Source: the human T2T-CHM13v2.0 reference genome, Homo sapiens
Assembly (NCBI RefSeq): GCF_009914755.1
Contig: NC_060942.1
Length of the DNA: 64,000 bases
Reading direction: 5' to 3' (one strand)
The position numbers were made by a program, and so were the translations under genes. Of the stretch, positions 16,419 to 29,965 are shown in pieces; positions within the stretch are counted from its first letter, which is position 1; each line of letters starts with the position of its first letter. Below the pieces are notes generated by a model. That model was not told the DNA's origin. It searched no databases and saw only the letters and a program-made list of their open reading frames with translations.

Positions 16419-17340
16419 TCAGCATCCCCTTAATGGAACAAAACACCCCTTTCCAACTCCCTAAGGCATAGTTATTTGACTGCTGCTCAAAGGCCTTCAC
16501 GGGGGGGGACGTGCCACCTTTCGCGGCAGCCCTTGTTTCAGAAAGCTCTTTCTTATATTGCACTAGGCATCCCTTTTATAGCCTAGATATTTCCAGTTCC
16601 TGAAAGTGTTCCTTGTATTCCATGGTTTCCTGGTGCCAAACCACCCTGGTTCCTGTGCTGGGAATACTAGTTTTTCAGTGTCTCTTCTAAAAGGTGTAAG
16701 TGGGAGAGCTCACAGAATAGAGTACAATACTGGGAGGTGATCTGGCCCTGCATTATGCCAGGGTATTGTAACCTCCTCTGTTCTAGACACAGTATCTCTA
16801 TTAACATGACCCCAAGCTGTACCAGCTTTCTAGAAGCTATGTCATTGTTCATATACACTGAACTCAAGGTCAAGGAAACCTGCCAAACTAATATTGTCTT
16901 ATGCTACTTTTGCTGTACAAATTATCACATCCGATAGTCAGTCGATTCTCTAGGCTAAAATTCAGGTGTTTGCGTTATTATCATCTCTTTGTGCACAGTT
17001 CTGGGCAGAGACGTGAATCGAATGTTATACAGATGGTCTGGTTTGGGTCTAGTGACTACATAGAAGGCACAGAAACAAGGCACTTTTAAATGTAGTTGCC
17101 CAACTCAGTCAGAAATCCTTTTCTATGTATTCTGTAGAGATACATCTCTAGATGGCTATCTGCCTTCTCCGAACCTGGTTTCTCATTTATATAATGACCT
17201 CCTTTATCTAAATGAAAGGGCTGTTAAGTGTGTGTTGTTAAAGGTGAAGTCTATTATTCTCAATTATGGTGTAAGCTCCCTGAGGACAGGAATTGTATCT
17301 TTTAATGTAATATTCACTTATTTTTATTTTTCCAGCCTAG

Positions 17341-17706
<366 letters not shown>

Positions 17707-19724
17707 TCAGCTCTGTGTATTTTGCATTGGTAGTTAGAAACATCTGAAATCTTGTGTCTCTCGGGGTGTGTGTATGTGTGTGTGTGCGCATGCACGTGTG
17801 AGCGCTCTCCTATCCAGATATACTGTAACAGAGCTGAAGCATCTTAATTCTAGAAGTACCTACAGAGTTTAATGGGGTTTTCAGCCTAAGTGCTGTGTAG
17901 GGTATAGAAAGATGTTGCTAAGAAGTATTGATCTCAGGACATTTAGGGAAAAACCCAGGGCACTGTATTTAATAAGTAACTGTCAAAATATGTGATCCAG
18001 ATGATAGTGCATGGTGTGGACAATCACATCTGCCCAGCACCTTGATAAAGTGTACTCACATCTGCCCAGCTGTTCCTTCTTTTGGGTTTGCTCTTCGTAT
18101 AGTTAAGCAAAGTTGTTATTTCTCCCTGTTTTATAAACTGGGGAAAGGACTCTGAGGGTTTAAATGGCTTGCCTGAGCTTACAGCTAATTACTGAGGTTG
18201 GTGGGGTGGGGGGTGTTTGGGACTCAAACCCTCAGGTCTCCTGGTTTCCAGCAGTGGAAGCTATCTTCGAAACATTCCACCCTGCCTTGCCCTGCTGGGG
18301 CATCTTTAAGAAGAGAATAGTTGAGTCTCTTGAAACTCACCTGGTTGTTTCTGCTGCTTGGCCCTGGCTGTGGGTAAACTCCAGCACTGCAGCTTCATCC
18401 TGGAGACCCACAGCGCCTTTCTTGACTGCCCATAGCCGTATCCCTGCTAGAAAACACTGGGCAGGTCACAGCGGCAGTGAGGCGTGGTACGAAGTGATGG
18501 GCTGGCAGCAGCACAGGGCTGTGGGATAATAGGCTCGCTGTGACTTAATCCAGAAGTTATTTACAGGGTATTCTAAAGTGTCCTGGTTTGGACTGAGAAT
18601 GTGGGATTCAGCTGAGGCCCTTGCAAAATAAGATTCCATGAGCGCTGACTAGCCTGAGGCCTGAGGGGAACAGTTTCCCCAGTCAAGGGTTCTGGGTCCA
18701 AGTCCCTGTTCTGCCTTTAACAAGTCCATCTGTGTTTGCTCATATTTAATAAGGGAGTCATAATGTCACTCTTCTTTTCACATTATTCTGAAGATAATCT
18801 GAGCCAATGGCTATAAAACAGTTCTGAAATGTTAACAGTGCAATGGAAATAGAAAGTGTTCTTTTTTAAAACTACTGTATAGTAGATTTCCAACAAACTA
18901 TCGTTGCTAATTAAACTTTTCCATCACTTCCTTCAATATCCTTTTATTCCCTGGCCTCTCTCCTCCTCTTCTCTTAATAAAGCCCCCAGACGTGGCTGTG
19001 ATGGACAGCAGCTGCAGGTTGGAAGTGGGCGCGTCCAGATACCCACCACATGGTGTAATTGCCCTTTGTGAAATTCTGGGGTGAGAGGTCAGCCCTCTTT
19101 GCCCATCTTTGTCACTTCTCAGTCATCTGTATCCTGGTGGCAGTTGTGTTATCCCAGCATCCTTCCCCTACCCCCACCTTCCCTCCCTTCTCCTGGAGCC
19201 CAGGAAAAAACCATCTGCTGAGTTGGCTTTCAGAAGATTTTTTTTTAAATACCAATTTCCCTTTGTTCCGAGGCAACCTCCAATCAGGGCTGGTGTCTGC
19301 TGGGTTTGGCGAAAGGCTGGTATTGTGTTTCATGCTCCCGGAGGAAAGGTTGTCCACTTGCTTTTCTTTTTGATTCGATTCCCTGCCATTCTGCAGGAGA
19401 GTCAGTGGTTGCAGCTGCTGCTGTCAGCTATAAGTGGGGGATCCCCTTGTTTAAGAACCTATACGTTAATCCCTTGGCAGGAGGAGAAAAACAAAACAAA
19501 ACAAAAAAAATAGGGAAAAAATTAAATCCACCACTGACGGAAGTTTTTCTTTCTGTGTCCAACCTGCCCCATAAGTCACACCCGGATCCTACTGCTTGCT
19601 AAAGGTGAGGCCTTGCTGTCCTTGGAGGTTTTCTTGAAGGTTCTTTGGTGTCCAGGCTCTTTATGTTTTCTTATTTCTGAAAAATGGGAACTGTGTATCA
19701 GAAGCATAGGTGAGTCATTCTTTT

Positions 19725-20439
<715 letters not shown>

Positions 20440-23400
20440 TAATCTCTTTGTAAAGTGAGACCACAATAGCTAGATGCCAGGGAAACGAGAGAGACAGTTG
20501 GGTCGAATCTTGAGAAAGCTGTATAAGATCTGCTCCCAAACTTCATGCTTTTGTCCTCTTTTTCTGTCATGTTCCACAAAATTGATGAAACTTGTCTCAA
20601 CAGATTTAGGATGCTCAAGCACATTCTCTCAGATTGTCTTCTGACTTTGCAGACACAGGGCTCTGCTGGCCTCTGGCTCTGCAGGGTCTGCCCTCACTGC
20701 ACATACTCCCATGTCTACTTTGGGGCCATTGCAAGGGATTGGCCCTTTACCAACAAAAGGGTATATTTTGATCCTTTATGGTGATGAGAGAAAGGGTCAG
20801 GGAATGAACATATGATGAATGCACTAAATTGGTAAAAATACATGAAATCCAAAAAGCTGTTCTTAAACACACCATTTCTTCCCTCCTCTCACTGGTGGAC
20901 TAAGCCTGTGACCCAGAGCACTGAAGGACCTGAGGATTCCCTTAGAATAGAGTATAAAATAAAACAAAGATAAGAGAAAGACAGAGATAGAAGGTCAGAG
21001 AGGTTGAAGTTTTCTCTGTTTCTTCCTCCTAAGGACATAGAATTTTTCTAGATGACTTAAAATGCATATATGCATCTGTGTGTGTGTGTGTGTGCTTGTG
21101 TGTGCATTTTAACTTCTTAAAATATGTCATAGGTTCATAATAGTGTGGATTATAAGAAATGTAGCAACTTTACTAATGAACTCAACTTTACTCCTGAAAC
21201 TAATAAGAGTTTTTGCTCAGCACTTTACCATATGGAATGATCTGGTTTTTAGTAAATGCTGTCTCCTGTTCATTTTTGAATATAATCCAGATATGAAAAC
21301 AAGTCTTGCCTGAAGCAATGAGGGAGAAATAGCAGATAGGATCTAGAAACACTGGACTAGGTGAGGGAGGTTGAAAGTGATGGATGCCACAGATTGGGTA
21401 GCAGCAGGTGCAGGTCAGACCCTGGACCTGGAGTCAAGAATGGCCCTCATGCTCAGCCCTGCCAGCTGATTCATGCTGCACCTTGGGTTAGCCAGGGTCC
21501 CTCTTCAGAGCCCAGGGTCACCAAAAGCTGCAGATCCCAGAGCTGTGAGAGCAGGAGGAGCGGGAGAAGTGTCAAAAACAAAATTTGATTTCAGAACAGT
21601 GGGCTCTACTGAGTCTGAGAAAGATGTCCTAGTAGCAAAGAGAGAGAGAGAGAGCTAAGCTGAATGGAACCAGGATGGCCCTGCTGATGCTGCTTATCCA
21701 CTTAAACTGCTCTCTTCCTTAGCATAACTGAGTCATTCATTCATTTATTCACTCATTCAACCAAATATATTTTCTTCAGTAACACTTTATTGCATGCCAG
21801 GCAGTACTATGGAGATGTAAGTGGGTATTGTCCCTCAGATGTTGCAAGTGGGGTACCGTTGTCTATTTGACTCATAAGCTGCAGACAGAAAGCTGTCTGT
21901 AGTTCTGGCTCTGGGGCTTTTCACAAATGTTTGTTGCTTCACCCAAGGTATTGGCAGCTTCCCACTGGTATCAGAGCTGCTGCAGATACTCTATAAGCAG
22001 AAAGCACCTCGTAGTATCTCAACTAGGACAGAGGATGTCAGAGCTTCTCAAAAAATAACTTGTAATTGACCGATTAATTTGACTGAGTAATAGGGACAGT
22101 CTGTGCCTAATTGGAAGGAAAGTCAAGAAACACCTTCAAGCAGAACAAGGTGAGATGTTAGTTGAAGGCTTCCATTCTGGTGTCTATGTGAAGACACATG
22201 GGGTTTTATGGTACTGATATATTTAATCTATGGGATGTCCTTGAAAGTCCCAGCATAGGAAGAGGAAGGTAGAATAGTAAGCTTGACAAGAAACCTGAAA
22301 AATCATGCATCACACATTTTGGAAGACGGAACAGAATCCAAAAAAAGTAGCAGAGGAAATAGAAGCAGAAATCTGATAAATTAGGGGAAGGTCAAAACAC
22401 CTGAAAGGCCCAGTGTATTCGGGCAAATCAGGTTCAGAAGTGGAGGCCACGCGAGAGCTGACCACTTCATGGAGGAAGGTAAAAACTGCATCCGAGAGAG
22501 AATGTGTGCAAGGGGTGGAGGGCAGGGGAGTGGTATGTGTGTATGGGCGGCACCAGGATTTCAAGGTCTGAAGGGAAGGACTGCCTTTGAAAGTCTCCAT
22601 TAGTTCAGATGACCTTTTCCGAGAAGGAATGGAGAGTACCCTGGAGGAGCCTGGTCTGTGATTCTGGGACCTTTTCAAAAATGCTTGTTGCTCCTCCACC
22701 CAAGGTACTGACAGCTTCCCACTGGTGTCAGAACTGCTGCAGATACCCTATAAGCAGAGAGGGGCTGCTCCAGTCTGGCCAGCTGTGCCCCACTCCACCT
22801 CCAGGGAAGAGCAGGTGCTGAACTTCTGGATACCTGCCTTTCCTTCTGGCTTCATTTCTAAATGACAGCTGACCTTTGCTCCCAATTTTAGACTTGCAGC
22901 AGATTCCTCTCTGGCTGGGCCCTGATTGCAGGAGCAGCAGTGGCCACTTCTGCTCATCTTATTTAACACTGGGAGATAATTGTTGGTCCTTGGAGCTTGT
23001 CATCCTCAGAAGACAGTCCAGCTGTGGGGGTCAGAGGTCAAAGCACACAGCCTGCTGGCAGTGGAGGCAAAGATCTGGATGGGAGGACAAACATGTGAGA
23101 AGATGTCAAATCTGGAGAGCATCCGGGGACTTCTCAGGCATTTGTGTCATTCTGTCCTCATGATTCTCTGAGGACCTCAGCTGAAGAGGGTGGCGCGCAT
23201 TGGTTTGCATGTTAGAGAGAGTGCACTGTTGTGTGCTCATACACATATGTGTGAGCATGTATAGCCTCTGGGATGATAGATATTGCATACAATCTGATAG
23301 AGCCCTGGCTTAAGAAGCAAGAATTTTAGTCTCTCTCCCTAACCACCTGTGTTTCCTCACCTGCCTCTTGTTCTCAGAGGTCACCTCTTGAAATGAAGGC

Positions 23401-25102
23401 CATGAAGCAGAAGACACTGAAGTCCTTTCCAACTCTGATATTCCAGGACATCACCATAGAAATACCTATTCCTATAACTAACTAAGTATTCACATGAACA
23501 TGATTATGTACATGTAAACAAATTTTATCGAATCAACAGTATAGTTTTCTCAATAGCCGCTGCTGTAGGTATCCAACATATATATTTGAGAAAAAAAGTA
23601 GACAAATTCAGCTACACCTAGTATGAATGATGCCTGGGAATGAAGAGAGGAACCACATGGGCACTTGAGCAGGTGACAGGATGCAGAGCCATCGCTCCCA
23701 GTTTAGACTGACTTGTCTGGCTTTTGGGGAAGCTTCCCAGTGTCTACCTTGTTAGGGAGGTTAGGCCCACGCATGGTGCTTATGTTGTACCCGATGGTGG
23801 AACATGTGAGAGAGTACAGGGAGGGATGGAGGAAGAAGCTTGAGTGGGCCTTGAAGAAAGCATAGGATTTAGGTGGGAGGGAAAGGGGTATAGGCAGTGT
23901 GCTTGAACACTGTGCAGAGGGCAAAGTGCTCATGGTGGGCAGCCTTGATCTGCTGGACTGCAGAGTTGACCTGGAAAATCTGGAGTGGAAGCTTCAGTAG
24001 GCCAGATCAGACAGATTTGACTTTTTCCTACGTGCACTAAGAAAGCAATGGAGCCCTCCAACCCCCCCCCCCCACCCCAACCCCTTGGGGAGAAGAGAAT
24101 GAAGGAATGTGCAGAGAGATGCTTTAGGACATCATACTGCGTCCAGCATTGGTGGGGAGTGAGCCCAGAGACTGGCTAGAAATTGATGGCAGCACCCAGC
24201 GAAGGGCATGAGTGGCCTTGAGTTCTGTCATCACATACAGAGAAGAGGCTGAGAGAGCCTTCTGGGACGTGGAAAGGAGCCACCTCTAAGGTCTCTATTC
24301 TTGTGACCTAGAGAAGTTCAGGTGTTTTTTTGAAGAAGTAATTGATTTCTTTTCTTAAGAATTCATAAGCATCTTACTGACACTTATTGAAAGCTGACTG
24401 GAAAGGGCCTTGCATGAAGAAGAGCTCTGGGTATGCACAAAGGTCCTGAATCCAGCCTCTGTCTTGGAGTTTTGTTTCCAGGAGTTATGCCTCATATAGG
24501 AATGCACAGAGGAAAGACTGCATCAAGTGTTTCTTCCTTTGCTGCATAAAGCCAAAGTTTACTTTCTGTATATGAGGCCAGTTGTAACCCATCATGTGAG
24601 AAGGTTTGGATTTCATCTGATAGGTTCACTGTCTGTTTCTAGTCCATTTTGTTTTGTCTATTCTTTGCCACTCATTTCTTTTCTGCTACTGGGTTCTCCA
24701 GCTCAGCACGGGACTCCATAAATCTCTTCTTTTCTACCCCTTTCTCCAAATAAGGGTTTTAGGGAAATGGTGTAGGTGGGTCGGGGGCGGGGGAGAAGTC
24801 AGCATATGTTTGCTTCCACAGTATCTCCTTTTAAATCTATGTTACCCGCTTTAAATATGACCCATTCACACTGTGGATGAACGAGTTGCACTTTTTCTGT
24901 GTTGAAAAGGAACAAGAATGCATATGGCCATGAGGGGGACTTTTCCTTACCCTCAGAAGGTGGGGGAAGAGGGCAATGGTGTGAAAGAATGAATTAGTTC
25001 TGGCAAATCTTGTTAGTGTCCATTGTAAGCAGAGAATCTACCTAAGCCATCTGTGGTCACTTGCAAAATTGTTCCTTGTTTGTTCAGGCTCCCCACCGAA
25101 GC

Positions 25103-25518
25103 AAATCTTTGTGGCTTCTGATAATTTGCATATTGTCACTTGTTTGCCAACTAGAGGGTATCTGGACATGTGTATGTGAGAGGGCATCTGCGTGGACATG
25201 CATGTGAAATCTTTGTGGCTTCTGATAATTTGCATATTGTCACTTGTTTGCCAACTAGAGGGTATCTGGACATGTGTATGTGAGAGGGCATCTGCGTGGA
25301 CATGCATGTGAAATCTTTGTGGCTTCTGATAATTTGCATATTGTCACTTGTTTGCCAACTAGAGGGTATCTGGACATGTGTATGTGAGAGGGCATCTGCG
25401 TGGACATGCATGTGAAATCTTTGTGGCTTCTGATAATTTGCATATTGTCACTTGTTTGCCAACTAGAGGGTATCTGGACATGTGTATGTGAGAGGGCATC
25501 TGCGTGGACATGCATGTG
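25103..25518. repeat. Minisatellite: 4 identical copies of a 104-bp unit
   Basis: Units start at 25103, 25207, 25311 and 25415: AAATCTTTGTGGCTTCTGATAATTTGCATATTGTCACTTG...GCGTGGACATGCATGTG. Confidence 0.98.
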
Positions 25519-26374
25519 TGTACCGAAAAGAGCCCAGCATTGGTATGACATTGACATAGATGTTTGGGGGGCCTGGATTTGACTGGGCTCTAAGCTCAGT
25601 AGGAGAGGAAGGAATCCTGGGAACCTGTTTATATTATTTTGGGATATTCCTAGTCACCATCTCCGGTCGCCTTTTTGTGCCCCCTTCCCTTGCTGCCCTA
25701 CCTTCCCATGAGTCCCCTGCTGCCCTACCTTCTCACACAATTTTGCCTCAATTCTTGTGCTTAATGGGTGGTGTGTGTGAGCAAGAGGCAGAACGTATTT
25801 AGGGCAGCTTGTTATAAGCTAAGGGAGATGTTAGAGTAGTATTTGCTACCAATGGATCCTTCTATGTCAAAGATACTGTTGTTTTGTCTCAATTAATTCT
25901 ACAGTGTTTATGGGGACCTATTGTAGACCCTCCTGCAGAGCAGCAGTATTCGGGTGCTGCAGCTGTCTAAAGGCTGCATGGCCACCATGATTTCTGTCTT
26001 CCAGTGGTGAGCATCACGTGCTCTGTGGATGGGATGAACAAAATTCGGGAGTACGCTCATGAAGGGACTGGTTATTGGGTTCTGATGGTCACTAAAGGAT
26101 TCCCATCTGAGTGCTTGTAGAAGGCTGATGATTGTGAAGGGCATGTCTTCAGGACGGTTCTCTAGTAGGCTTCTAGGATTCCAGATTGGCCAAAGAAAAT
26201 GGTAAATGCAAATCTGCAAAAATTAAACAGCACAAATACCGTTTCTTTTCATCATCACAATATCCTATGGGAAGGATAATGTAATAGGATTAGAATCTAG
26301 GACAAAAATGGGAGTCCTTCTGAGTTTTATTTTTAACAGCACCAATAACTAATTGTATGACATTGGTAATTTAA

Positions 26375-26504
26375 CCCATTTAGGCTGGAGGTTGAAAATT
26401 TTTGGGTGTGAAAAATCAGACCTTGGTGATGACCTTGAGCAGTAGGATATAAATAACTCCCACAAGCTTAGTGTTCCAATAATGGAACACTAGGCATAAC
26501 TGGG
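26375..26504 (-). mobile_element. MER85 piggyBac MITE (PGBD3-derived)
   Basis: TTAA TSDs at 26371-26374 and 26505-26508. TIRs CCCATTTAGGC / GCATAACTGGG. Internal palindrome GTTCCAATAATGGAAC. Confidence 0.92.
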
Positions 26505-29500
26505 TTAATTGGACAAAATTTCCCTACCCCTTAATTTCTCCTTTGTGAAGTGGGTAATCTTGCCTTTTCCTTCTCCTTCTCTTCCTCTCACTTCCTTTTA
26601 TATGAGACAAACTCTGCCTATAAAGAAAGTTGCTGCTTTCATCTCTTCAGAAGTCCTCTTTTTATACTGTCAGGCGGTATTCTCCATAGCTATTTGAGAG
26701 GGTCACACTGTTTTTTATTGCTTGATGGATACACACAAAGAATGTTAAAGCAGAAAGAGACCTTGAAGATCATCAGAGCTGTCTTCCCTTCACAGATGAG
26801 GACATAGAGCCCAGATCAGTGATGTCTCGTGATTTGTTCAAGATCACATGGCAATCAGCGACAGTCGGCGGGGGGAAAAAAAACAACACCCTTTTTAGTC
26901 ATCACAAAGCTGAGTGCTAAAAATGAGACAGGAGACTGAATTGCTGTGGCCGGTCATTGCCACTGCATGGGAGTCTGCCCCAACTATTTGCTTGGCCCAT
27001 CTTATTACAGTTTGGCACTTCTCTCTTGAACCTTCCTGAACCTACCACGCCTTTGCCCAGGATAATCAGATAAAGGGGCCTTTTATTTCCCAGCTGCCCT
27101 GTGCATGCAGCATTCAGAGAAGAGGGGCTGGCAGTGGGGGTGGGGAGGGGAGAAAACATTTGTCTTTCAATACTGGCCTGACATGAAAGCTTCACTGCCG
27201 GGCATTTTGAGAACCCAGCTAAATAATGGTCGCAGCCAAGACAAAAGATAAAACTGACCCACTAGTTATGCAGTTACTTAAACATGATTTACCCTGCATA
27301 ATGCTGCCTGGGACCTGAGGGTCTCGTTTTTAACGAGCCAAGAGACAGAACTATTAATTACATGGGAAGGAGTGCTATCAGAGAGCAAAGTAGTCATTGC
27401 CAACGAAAAAGTCCTGAAATATTCCACGCCTTTCTCAAATACTCACAGAAACACCCAGAAGTGGCACAGCTCACATGTTGGTGGACACAGGCAAGGATGG
27501 GGGAATGATGAGTCCCAGTGGTTCTAATGTTGGATGTCACAGGGCTGGGGGTTTAGCTGGAGCCAGGGAAGTTGCAGTGGTTAGAGGAAGTTGGGACAGG
27601 GGTTTAGAAGCAAATTATCTTGTGGTTTGGCTGAATGTGAATGTTGGGAAAAGTCAAAGAGGAGCTCTGCATCTTACTGCTCTAGCGGACATGATTTCCA
27701 TTTTATTTCTGCATCTTACAGCCAACCCCTGAGCCTCTAATCTCAGTGACATGCCCATTTAAGGGAGTTAGGATATAGGGTGGGGGAGGGGAGCTGGCCT
27801 AGACCAGAGAAGAGGCTCTGAAGGCCAGAGATAGGTAAGTGAGAGTGGGAGTCTGTTTACAGATTGTCTCTCATCCACTGTGATATGTTAATTTTTCTGA
27901 GCATCTTTTGATCAGATAAGCAAATCTCAGAAGCACAGCTCTTGTTCTGATTGCTTTAGGGGCATCACTGTACCTCTTGTGGTTAAACATAGTAGCCTGT
28001 GACACCAGCCCTGGAGTGGAGTGTCTGGGCTGGGAGGATGAGAAGGTAAAGCCTAGAGGATTTGAAGAGGACAGGGTCAAGGGTTAAAGGACAGGGGTTA
28101 GCAGCAGGCAAAGGCCCAGGATTGAAATATTTGCTGAAGGCTGACAGGCAGCAGAATAGAGGCAGACAAGTGGCAAATTCCTGTTTTCTCCTCTAATTGA
28201 GAAAATATTTTGAGTGGTATTCAGTCAGACTACATAATGAGTGGGGGTGGGGCTGGAAGTGGAAAGAAAGAATATGAATGAGCAAGAATATTATTAAATT
28301 ACTGCAAGAAGCCAAAGTGTGTGCAGAGTTCAAGGAGCTGTATGAATGTGCCCTCCTTCCTTGCTTCCTAATTTGGGATGCACAGCATTCATTTCTTCAC
28401 TCACTCATTTAGCACATGGTCACTGGCAATGGGGGTTTACTTTCAAAGGAGGGTTTAGTAGCTGCCCATAGAGTTACCATCAGATAAATGTAAAAGGGGC
28501 CAGTTTTCTCTCCCAAGGCTAGGGAGACACATAAGCAGGTGATTGCAACACGTGAGACTCCCATCTTGATGCTGTTATTGTTCTTTTCTTTTCAACATCT
28601 AAATCTGGTAATCATCTGTATCTGCTCACAGTTTGGGGAATAATTTCATATAATTTCACATCTAAGAGAGACTATAAAGTGATTCCTGCACTAAGTCTGG
28701 CTATCCCAGGGCCTCTGTTCTTAATGAGTTACCTGTACTGTCCAAGGAATTGTGTAGCAAAACTGGGTTGGGGGGTGTGTGTGGAGGGGCAGAGTCTGGG
28801 TTTGGGGAAGTAGTTAGGAAACAAAGCAGTTATGTCTTGACTCAACCATAACCAGCCTGCCCTTGCTTGAAAGATTCGGCTTTCATATTTTAGGAGCACA
28901 GGTTCATTTTGTTTTCTAGGCTGACAGTGAATAGCACTGATGGTTTATTCACCAGGACCTTTCCTGAATTATAGGGGCATATAGCTGGGAAGGCCTTTAG
29001 GGTCATTTTGCCAATAGGAACCCACAGAAGTTAAGGGACATCCTCCCGGTGCTATGTGAGGTTGTGGCAGAGCTGGGACCTCCTCCCCCTCGGCCCCCTG
29101 ACTTCCCAGCGGCTCTGGGTGTGCTGTCACCTCTTCCAGGAAGTGATGACTCAGATTATTTTCATCAACATACCTCCCCCCTCCAACTCCGTTTTCTTCC
29201 CACAGCCACCAAAGCCAATAATAGACTAAGGCAGTTTCAGTTTTAGACAATTTCCTTTTTTACTTAGAAATCTATGGTTAGAAAAGGGTGTAGGGTGGTA
29301 ATAGTGGCCAGGGGTGGGGAGGGAGGCATGAGAAGCTTCAAAGGGGATGGGCATCTCCTGGCTCTCTGGTGGCCTGGATGGAATTAGAACCAAGAACTTT
29401 CATATGACCTTGAGTAGATCTCTAAAAGATTCCTTCCCTCTGAAGTTTTTTGACTTTTAAGTTCAGAAGGGAATTTCCTTTCCACCAATTCAGGGACCAT

Positions 29501-29769
29501 TCCTAAAGCTTCATGAAACCCTTACATAATTTTTAAACTTTAACAACTAACTCATGTGAGTTGTTACACATAGCTTGTAAGTGACATTTCAAGCCTTCTT
29601 GATTTTCATTCCAACAGTTCTAGATACATAATACATTCTTTTCAAGGAAGGTAGGGACTTTGTTTTGTTGTAGTAACTAAAGCTGGCAATCATTGAAAGA
29701 GATTATGAATAATCAAATAATAATACTTATCTCTTGAGTTCTGTATGGGAGGCACCAATCTAAGCCTAC

Positions 29770-29965
29770 TACCTGCAAATGTATATGTAATCCTCCCCAA
29801 AACTCTTAAGAGGTAAATCTTACTGTTCTCATTTTGCTGATGAGTTAACTGGCATGGGGAGGTTGAATAACTTGCCAAATGACATCTAGAGAGTATATAA
29901 AAGAGGTAGTGTTTGAAGTCCAGTTAGTCTGATTTCAAAGTTCATATTCTTAAACACAAAGCTAT
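29770..29965 (-). mobile_element. MIR fragment
   Basis: CTCATTTTGCTGATGAG...GAGGTTGAATAACTTGCCAAATGACA...TTTGAAGTCCAG. Confidence 0.6.

Noticed and set aside
18024-18070. 15-bp direct repeat TCACATCTGCCCAGC; a similar short repeat at 25691-25732
   Set aside because: Ordinary small slippage duplications.
25038-25582. Repeating ORFs or a CRISPR-like array
   Set aside because: Head-to-tail identical units with no unique spacers. The 104-bp unit is not a multiple of 3, which produces the same peptide in all frames. Eukaryotic context with no cas genes.
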